A DNA stretch of 46,394 nt, filler included, from Catajapyx aquilonaris (Eukaryota): the NCBI GenBank assembly GCA_000934665.2. It is 2 parts of 2 records of this genome, joined end to end, with 100 filler letters (N's around TTAATTAATTAA, not from the genome) between each part and the next. Parts side by side here need not be neighbours in the genome. Positions count along the whole stretch, not along the records: positions 23,246 to 46,394 come from JYFJ02005735.1; 1 more part is not named here. One strand, given 5' to 3'. The stretch's first letter is position 1; every line of letters starts with the position of its first letter. Shown here in pieces: positions 38,801 to 46,394 of this stretch. The translations under genes were made by a program, and so were the position numbers. Below the pieces are notes generated by a model. It searched no databases. It saw only the letters and a list, made by a program, of their open reading frames with translations, and had not been told where the DNA came from.

Positions 38801-40053
38801 ATCCCATAAGAATATGGAAAGCAAAAAAGACTGGCATAGTTGGCCTCCACTTGCTTTAAGTATCCAATAAATCTATCTACAGTAATATTCATTTCCCACA
38901 GTCAAGGCTTGCAAAATGTTCTTGCAATTACTCACTTGACTTTAAAAATTGCGGTGATCCAAGAACACAAGCCTTTGTCAATATTGAAGCTGGGATCCAG
39001 AGATGAAACAGATGACATATCATCAGCTGAATCCTTCCTTGGTATTTCACTGCTGTTGCCATAAAATAGTTGAGTCCACCTGGTAAGATTCAAAGACATG
39101 TTTTACATAATTACTCACAATGGGAGGGGGAGGGAGGGGGAGCGAGGGGGAGAGAGAGAGGGGGGGGGGGAGGGACGGACAGACTAACAATGGATGGAGA
39201 AAGAAAGACACACATCAATGCTTGTTGCATCACAGTGTAAAACTATAGACTTACTTCCTTTCTGTCTTTTGTACGAGAGCTATTCGGCCATAGTTCCAAG
39301 CACTCTTTCTCAAGAATGCAAACAGGATGAGAAGAAGCTAAAATAAAGAAAATCATCATCAAAACCTTACTAAACAAGCAGATATTGAATTTCCACTGTA
39401 CAATGGTGGTAGAGACATCCCACTTTGTGGGCCAGAGTGCGTGTACCACCAACAACAATAACACCATTGATTGTTGAATAGAAATACAACTCTGAATATT
39501 GCATTTCCTGGGTAAGATTTACAGTATGTAATTGACACATGTTCCAATATTTCTCTCCTATTGAATATTTTATAGTATGTGTGTGGGGGTGTATGTGGGT
39601 GTGTTTGCAAGTGAATTGGTAGTAACATTGCCAATGTCTCAACTGTCAAGCGTGACATGTTGCAGAAGAAATATTTACACAACAACTAATGCTGACAAAA
39701 TGTCAATCAAACCAAGAAGGGGATTTCAGCACCTTGTTCGTCAGATAAGACAAAGTTGGCATATTACATAGTATGCAATCACATTCAGGTCCTGGACAGT
39801 CTGATAAAATGGTCAGTTGTAGGAAGAGAAAGGAAGAAAACCTCACATGAAATGCACTTATAGTATCCCATCACATTACAGCCTATATGCAGTGGCATAG
39901 GCCTCCCTCCACCAAAATCTTTGAAAGGTCTTTTTTTCATGGGCACAAAAGATACTGTAATATGTGTAGTATTAATAAGCATGCACTGTTCAGCAATTCC
40001 ATGTATATTAATTTATTTTTAAAATTACAATATTCACTCCACCACAACAGTAC

Positions 40054-40129
<76 letters not shown>

Positions 40130-41440
40130 GGTTTTATTAACCCCGCCCTGAGGCCTAGGCCGAATGGGCGGGGGGTTCACACAGCCCACATTCCAATTGT
40201 ATGTTACAGAAAAGTAATTTGGAGACAATGGCACAGAAATAATACCACAACAGTACTATGGTATGTCCACTTTTCATTGTTTTACTGTTTATGAAATGTC
40301 ATCCCCTCCTCCAAAATGTATTATTTTTTTCTAGTTACACCACTGCTGTAAGTGCATGAAAAAGTACGTATAGCAACATTGCTTTTGGGGAACCATGCAA
40401 GAAAATAGAGACTGTGGAATTTCTTGCATATACGGGAAATGCGTATTCAGATTTCAAAATACACAACATAGAAATCTTACATCCATGACTACAAAACATA
40501 GTGCCTGGAATTATTGGTACAAAAACAACTTACCAGCCATCCAATGGAGTTCAGCAAAAGATTTTGGGGTATTCCTTCATATTCGCCATCAATGATTATT
40601 GTGATGTTGTGTTTCTTATAGTAGTTACATTTCACGTCTTTTGGAGGCTTATAGAAATGAAGTAAGGGGTTTATGCTGTGATCCACTATTGAAGTGAATG
40701 GTGGAAACAGTCTGAAAAATGAAACCAAAGTCAGCAAACCTACACCATGTTTCATATGATAGCTCACATTCGTATTGGTTGGAATGTCATCTAGGCAATC
40801 CTGCATCACATTGATACTCCTGATCCTGAACACACCACATGAATATGAGCCAGCCCCACGCAACTCCTCTGATACGGTAGTTTAATATAAAAGTCTCCAC
40901 CTTGGCGCTGCAGGCACTCCAGGGGGGACCCAGACTCACTCCCTGGTGGATGGATGTGCTGCTGGATGCCGCTGTGCTTTGCGGTGCGTGCAGTGTGTCG
41001 GGATAAAAAAGGTCCAGAGCCCTTGGCCTTGTTTAGGTTTCCTACCCATCCCGAGAGAGCTCTGCACTGGTTTGGGTTTAGTTTTTGTTTGGTTTGAATT
41101 GGTTCAGAACGGTTCAGAAGGCGACAAGGCATCCGCCCGAGTGTGACTGGGGCCCCGATGGGGGGCCGCCAGTGCCAAATTTCAGGCTGGTGAGGACTTT
41201 TATATTAACTACCGTCACCATACGGCTAGATAGGGAGTTGCAGGGAGCTGATATGAGCAGGCCAGAGGAGCTGAATGATCATACCCCCGTTTAATTTCCC
41301 CTCTTATTTACACCTCCTTCCTCAAGGTTCCAACAGAACTTGCAGGTATAAGCGACATTTTTGCCAATACCGATGTGGGATAATTTCTGAAACACATGGT
41401 ACAGTAGAATCCTGTGACAAACTTACCCTTCAGTTCCCAT
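26638..41440 (-). CDS. TMEM63: TMEM63/CSC1-like (OSCA family) osmo/mechanosensitive cation channel, 820 aa
   Basis: 14 phase-compatible GT-AG coding exons: 41440-41427, 40711-40534, 39337-39255, 39079-38936, 37942-37751, 37692-37507, 36804-36724, 36502-36376, 35425-35166, 33711-33561, 33211-33018, 30208-30014, 29042-28625, 26877-26638 (2463 nt). Family motifs [100 protein letters not shown]. Confidence 0.96.
27000..27228. mobile_element. Tc1/mariner-type MITE (same family as 13247-13488)
   Basis: CAGGGTGTT..AACACCCTG|TA termini. Shared GATCCAGGTGCCCTATTTTATA core. Confidence 0.75.
27485..28245. mobile_element. Old foldback MITE (roughly 270-bp diverged arms), Tc1/mariner-type ends
   Basis: CAGGGTGGTCGGTAAATGG..AACCAGTGTATGAAAGTGAAG is mirrored by CTTCACTTCCATACACTGGTT..CCATTTACCAACCACCCTG|TA. 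Confidence 0.8.
29352..29714 (-). mobile_element. SINE family A copy
   Basis: Reverse complement closely matches 9355-9605 (B-box GGTTCGATCCC). The 3' boundary is approximate. Confidence 0.85.
30426..30872. mobile_element. MITE with about 105-bp imperfect TIRs
   Basis: GGGTGAAG..AGACTGATAGTACT..GGATGTGCAAGTAGTTTTGG is mirrored at about 30770-30872, ending CACCCTG|TA. Confidence 0.75.
31190..31737. mobile_element. Foldback element with about 250-bp near-identical arms, unclassified
   Basis: 31190-31452 is the reverse complement of about 31498-31737 apart from two small indels. It produces mirror ORFs in the track. Confidence 0.88.
31952..32943 (+). mobile_element. Non-autonomous Helitron
   Basis: 5' A|TCTCTATATCTATAAATAA..GTTTGTTTGTCC. 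3' hairpin ACCCGGGCAACGCCGGGT followed by CTAG|T. No TSD. Confidence 0.82.
34486..35085. mobile_element. pogo/Tigger-like MITE, 600 bp
   Basis: TA TSD. 23-bp perfect TIR CAGTAAAACTTCTATAAGTCGAA. Internal TAA(G/C)TCGAA repeats. Confidence 0.9.
35813..35853. repeat. (ATT/ATC)n microsatellite, probable retroelement tail
   Basis: Trinucleotide run abutting the hairpin CCCCAGAAGGGCT..AGCCTTATGGGG. Confidence 0.7.
38202..38652. mobile_element. GC-rich MITE with CAG flanks (Harbinger-like)
   Basis: About 38-bp TIR GGG(G/C)CTGTTTTTG(G/C)TCCCTCTCCAGGAAGATGGAGAGG. CAG at 38199-38201 and 38653-38655. Confidence 0.8.
39122..39175. repeat. Polypurine G-rich tract in a TMEM63 intron
   Basis: Multiple G3-G12 runs and GA repeats. 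Confidence 0.8.
40057..40243 (-). mobile_element. 5'-truncated non-LTR retroelement 3' end with (ATT)n tail
   Basis: 16-bp TSD ACCACAACAGTACTAT at 40041-40056 and 40244-40259. GC stem-loop CCCCGCCC..GGCCTAGGCC..GGGCGGGG next to the trinucleotide tail. Confidence 0.85.
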
Positions 41441-41714
41441 ATCTTAGCAGTCCTTCATGTGCACTCTAATCTATCAGAAAATTGAAAGGAGAACAAGAAT
41501 TAATCAATCATCACACTGACAGTAATACTGATGCTGAGATCATTGTCCTTTGGCACTTTGAAAGCCAACTAGTCAACAGCATGGCATACAAGTTGGTCAG
41601 TAAAGTGTAAGATAAACAGACTCTCAGATATACATACATACATGCAATGTTTAATAACTACTACAATGTCTATGGGAAGTGCTCAAATGTTGTGGGAGCC
41701 ACAGAGGGCCTATA

Positions 41715-42434
41715 CAGGGTGTTCTGCTTAGAGGTATAATAAAAGAAAAATTCATAACTCACAAAGTACTAGTTGAAATGACGGAAGCTGTGTGCCAGTT
41801 TAAAGAGCAGATCTGAATTTTTTCTTACATGTCTAATACACTTCCACATGAACTCCACCGGTAGCGCAGCGAAGGTCAAAAAGGAAGTCTGCCTCGACCC
41901 ATGCGTTGAGAAGCATTTTGGGGTGTTACATTTTGAATTGCAGCGCAAATTCTGTCGTGCAAGTCTGCCAAATTATGCACCTGTGTAGCCTACACCTGAC
42001 TTTAACAAACCCTTACAGGAAAAGGTAGGCAGAGTTAGGTTTGGTCATTTGAGGGGCCATGCAATGAACGTTGATCGTCTCCCAATCCATCCTGCAATGG
42101 TCATCCCAGAATGTGCCGACATCATTGGCAGAGTGAGGNNNCCCCCCCCCCCCATTGAAAATTGTTCCTTGAGGTTAGTTCAGTTACCATGGTCTCAGAG
42201 AGAAAAAAGGAACCTGTGATTTTGCACTTCATGACCTCACACCAATCATTGCATTTAGGAGGATCCCATTTGTATTAATGAAGTGTATTAGTATATTGAG
42301 TATATTAGATAACTTATGTAAAAAATAATAATTTAAATCTGCTCATTAAATTGTCGCACACCTTCTGTCATTACAACTAGTACTTCCTAAGTTATGAATT
42401 TTTCTGTTATTATACCTCTAAGCAGAACACCTTG
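41715..42434 (-). mobile_element. Deleted Tc1/mariner-superfamily transposon (maT/Tc3-like)
   Basis: TA flanks. TIR CAGGGTGTTCTGCTTAGAGGTATAATAA. Minus-strand relic WIGRR..AWPLK*PNLTLPTFFL*GFVK (WPPRSPDLTPLDFFLWG-like) and C-terminus MLLNAWVE..GGVHVEVY*. Confidence 0.85.
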
Positions 42435-43241
42435 TATTTGTGAGAACAACTCATGGCTGTTAACCTTTTGTACTCCCCTTCAAGCAGAATTGCCCCGAAC
42501 TAATCCTGGCACTTTTCACGCCTGTTTTTTTCGTCCAACCATGAGTACTTTCACCAAATGACATGATACCGTGTTAATCAATAATCACCCACAGCATTTA
42601 ACTAACAATAAATTATAGATCGGCTATTGATCATGTCGTGTGCATATCTGTGCGAAACCAACCGTAGCAAAACTTCCGACACAGAATTGAAGCCTCATCC
42701 ATATTGTCCGAAAGTGTGCAAAAAAATATAGCGCAAATACTCCATATCCTAAAGCAATACAGCTCAGGAAATCGAAGCGTTTCTACCTGAACATATGACA
42801 AGCACAATCTTCGTAGGCCTTTCCCTCTTTTTGCAACAAGACAGTGAACCTATCGCAACTATGCACTATGCAGGTTTCTAATCCGATTTTCGCAATATGT
42901 GCGCAGCCTACTCCCTGGTACACAGCTATTCACAGGTAGTGGGTAAACCACGGGGTAAACCATAAAATGGTATTGATCATAAAAGTATAACTAAACACGA
43001 CATATTGTATTAAATTGCAAACAGAATAATTTTACACTTTAAATGTTAAATAAAATATATTGTGTTGGATGTCTCTCCCCTGTTCCCTGTGCTATTGCAA
43101 CCTTCATCATCTTTGTGCTCCATGCTCCTCCGTCCAAGTTCGAAGAATCATTTGGGCCGTTCGCCGTTGAGATCACGTTGAGATTGAGGGTAGAACCGGT
43201 GAGCGGAGAGGAGAGTTAAGACTTGTTTCCTGCTTAGCACA

Positions 43242-45020
43242 ATGATTAAGAATTCCGTGGAAGTTCAGGTCAAGACGGAACCTGTGGATGGGGAAGATGA
43301 GATCACAATAAAAAACGAGTTTGAAGATGAATATTGCCAAAAACTTGAATATGAAGTTCGGGCCAGTCCTCCGAAGATAATGGTTCAAGACCCTTCAAGA
43401 CAATTCAAGACCAATCATTCCGAGCCCAGCTTCAATTATGGAATACCAATAGTGAGAAACAACAGTTTCAAGGAGGAGGAGGAATATCCGCGTCAGGAAT
43501 GCACAATTCAGACCATTGCACCAGCATCTGCTACAGCTGCGAACAGTGATAATAGTTCCAGAACTACCATTGCATCTCTACGCCGCATTGCTCCAAAACC
43601 CACCGAATTTTTTGTGACCTCCAGTACCCTGCAAGTCCCCAGCATTATATGGCATGTTGCAGCAACTGATACATCTGAAGGAAGAGCAGACCCAAATGAC
43701 TTGCTAATGCCCCCAAAATCAATTGTGTTTGGTGAACCCAAGACTGGCATCCCAACCCAGCCTTCTGCAGCTAGCCAAGCAGTTGTTGGAACAAATTCAG
43801 CAGCAGCCTCACCATCTTCTCATGGAGTTCTGGAGATGAGGGGTACAGCTTGTCCACAGATTGCCCAAATCTTACCTGAGAAAACCGAATCACTTGAAGC
43901 ATCACTTCCAGCCTTGATGGATCCATTGATAGTACCTGATGGCCATGTGAAGACTGAACTGCAAGAGTGTGACCCGCTGCTGATGACAAAAGCTGACCTC
44001 GCCTCCATTGATCTAGCAAATTGTGAGGTAACATCAGGAGGGCGCCACCGCCACCAGTGCCCTGTGTGCCAGAAGACTTACGCATCTCGGGGTCAGTTGC
44101 AACAGCATCTTCGCCTACATACGACAGAACAGCCATTTCAGTGTGACCTTTGTCAGGTGACTTTAAGTTCAAAGTCAGCTCTGACAGTTCATCGCCGCAC
44201 CCACACAGGTGAGAAGCCATTCCATTGCGACACATGTGAGAAGACATTTGCATCACGAGCAGCTTTATATATCCACAAAAGGATCCACACTGCAGAAAAA
44301 CCTTTCTCCTGCCGGTACTGTGGCCGCACATTTCCCTGGAGGTCGCCACTCATCAAACATGAGCGTACACATACTGGAGAAAAGCCATATCAGTGTGAGT
44401 TATGCCAACGGAGCTTTACTCTAAAAGACACACTAAACAAGCATGTACGCCTGCATACCAATGAGAAGCCGTATGCATGTGACCAATGTGGCAAGGCATA
44501 CACACAAAAGTCACCATTAACTATGCACTTACGGAAGCATACCGGGGAGAAACCTTTCCAATGTGGGACATGTGGGAAGCGGTTCACATCAAAGCAGACC
44601 AAGACCCAACATGAGGCAACTCACAGGTCTAGTGTAGCTTTCTCGTGCATGTTCTGTGCCGGGACATTCACAGATGAGACTGCTCTCGCAGCACATGTAC
44701 AGAAACATCTAGTGCGAGGCTGCATGCCGAATGTAGCAGCAGATAAACCCTTTTTATGTGCCGTGTGTATGAAGACATTCTCGGATTCAGGTGAGTGGGC
44801 AACCCACGTGCAGGGACATGTGACCAGTTCTGAGAGCGTGAAGAAGGGAGCAGGTGATGGGGCTAAGGCTGGAGAAGTGCAGCATTACATCTGTGCACTC
44901 TGCATGCAGACATTTCCTGATCAAGCGAAACTATCACATCATGTTCAGACTCATTTGAAAGAGAGTGAAAAATTGGTGCAGTTGGCCAAGAAGCCACTTG
45001 GTGTTGAAAAGTGCTACTAA
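43242..45020 (+). CDS. C2H2 (Krueppel-type) zinc-finger protein, 592 aa, 10 fingers, single coding exon
   Basis: Uninterrupted ORF. Seven tandem fingers with TGEKP-type linkers plus three spaced fingers. In-frame stop upstream at 43200. Candidate AATAAA at 45829. Confidence 0.95.
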   Translation: MIKNSVEVQVKTEPVDGEDEITIKNEFEDEYCQKLEYEVRASPPKIMVQDPSRQFKTNHSEPSFNYGIPIVRNNSFKEEEEYPRQECTIQTIAPASATAANSDNSSRTTIASLRRIAPKPTEFFVTSSTLQVPSIIWHVAATDTSEGRADPNDLLMPPKSIVFGEPKTGIPTQPSAASQAVVGTNSAAASPSSHGVLEMRGTACPQIAQILPEKTESLEASLPALMDPLIVPDGHVKTELQECDPLLMTKADLASIDLANCEVTSGGRHRHQCPVCQKTYASRGQLQQHLRLHTTEQPFQCDLCQVTLSSKSALTVHRRTHTGEKPFHCDTCEKTFASRAALYIHKRIHTAEKPFSCRYCGRTFPWRSPLIKHERTHTGEKPYQCELCQRSFTLKDTLNKHVRLHTNEKPYACDQCGKAYTQKSPLTMHLRKHTGEKPFQCGTCGKRFTSKQTKTQHEATHRSSVAFSCMFCAGTFTDETALAAHVQKHLVRGCMPNVAADKPFLCAVCMKTFSDSGEWATHVQGHVTSSESVKKGAGDGAKAGEVQHYICALCMQTFPDQAKLSHHVQTHLKESEKLVQLAKKPLGVEKCY

Positions 45021-46107
45021 ACAAGGCAAAGCATGCTAGTAATACTTTGAGGTTTGTGTACGTAGTTGTTCGATTTTACACTAAGTGATGAGAAGGAAAG
45101 AATGAAATATTGATATGCATTATTCTGACTGATGGTTGCATTAAGGCTTCCACACACAACAGCATCTTAAAGCCTGTGTTTGTGTTATCTGGAGCACTTC
45201 CCCTGCCTTTTCTTTTGGGAGGATTTGGTGCAGGAGGGTGGCTAAAGCTGGGTAACCATGTAAAAGTTTCTCGTCCCAGAGTCGGCTGGAGTCCTATTGT
45301 GCGTGAAAGCTTGTCCAGAGAGATGGACTCTCTGTCGCCTTAGGGCCTCTCTGGCCCCTCGGAAAGGGGGATTAAAGTTGAAAATTTTCTACTTTTTCTC
45401 TTTCCTCTGTGCAGTTGGCTCCTCTTGCGCGAGAAAACTAACGTGGATACCCCGCTTGAGGTTGCCAGGTTTGATTCCAGATTTATCCAAAATAGCTTGG
45501 GTCTAACTATTTCAGAATTCAAATCATTTCCTCCTACTGTCCGGTTCAGCTTGAAAGTTTTACATGAAGCAAGAGAAATGCACGACCATTGCATGACTTT
45601 GAAGGAAGTGAAGTATATGACCAGTCTGCCAAATGGTGGGTTGTTGCCATTTCTCACTACAACTCGTTGTAAAATGCATGTATGTAAGATCATTTTACTG
45701 TCAGGTATGACAGAAATTTGTGATGCTTGTTGAGACTGTAGCATAATATGTGTCAACATCATTTGTTCTATGGGCCTGTTCTCACTGATTTTGACTTCAC
45801 TTTGGAAGACTACTTATTGATTTGAAGTAATAAAATGGCTGCCTTAGAAATGACCTTTCTTATGTTCTATAGTGATGAGAAACAAGGGGACCTTAGCACC
45901 TTGTTATTGAATAAGCTTTGATCGACGTCATCTTGACATCATCATCATCACGACATTTCCCTATAAGGGGTAGTCAGCGATGACGGGAGCTGCAAGCTAA
46001 CCCAAAAGATGAACTAAATTAAAACTTGTAAAAATAAACCTATAAACAACCCGTCCCACCCCCCACCCCTGCCCATCTCAGACGACAAACACTTAATATT
46101 AAATTTA

Positions 46108-46394
46108 CAGTAAAACTTCTATAAGTCTAATCTCCATAGGACTGGAAAAAAAAACTTCGAGTTAGAGAAGTTTGACTTTTTTAAAGCACAGAACTCTATT
46201 AGGAAGCCTACCTTTTTATCCAGCGACGAAAGGTGTTCAAAACTTAAAAATAACTGTCACTATCACACTTACAACGTTCCTCATTGTTTTGTTGCATGAG
46301 AAATCTCCGTTATGGACATACTGCCTACTCTTAGATTCAAGGATTCAATTGTCCCAATCGAGTCGAACACTTCTTTCGGTAATGTCTGGTAGAC
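46108..46394. mobile_element. Second copy of the 34486-35085 MITE, inverted and cut by the window end
   Basis: TA|CAGTAAAACTTCTATAAGTC. The body is the reverse complement of about 34790-35030. Confidence 0.85.

Noticed and set aside
43508..44602. Antisense and alternative-frame ORFs
   Set aside because: Shadows of the zinc-finger CDS.

Overview
Eukaryotic, most likely arthropod, genomic DNA, so the ORF track mostly shows single exons or noise. It holds four protein-coding genes in two head-to-head pairs. The first pair is Sec61 gamma (minus, 3 coding exons, 68 aa) and a divergent TIPIN/Swi3-domain gene (plus, 2 coding exons, about 214 aa). The second is a TMEM63/CSC1-like channel (minus, 14 coding exons, 820 aa by my splice model) and an intronless 10-finger C2H2 zinc-finger gene (plus, 592 aa). 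A heavily decayed coding-like region at about 2.3-5.2 kb resembles a POGZ/ZNF280-type zinc-finger array. Introns and intergenic DNA are packed with often nested transposon relics: tRNA-derived SINEs with clear TSDs, mariner/Tc1 relics, pogo-, piggyBac-, Harbinger-, hAT- and P-like MITEs, long foldbacks and a Helitron. A 100-bp artificial linker gap at 23146-23245 splits the window. I found no clearly new biological system. The best leads are the zinc-finger relic, the atypical TIPIN with a 2-kb foldback next to its splice acceptor, SINE tail shuffling, and an element built from two transposase 3' ends. All assignments are by eye and from recalled family motifs; no searches were run.
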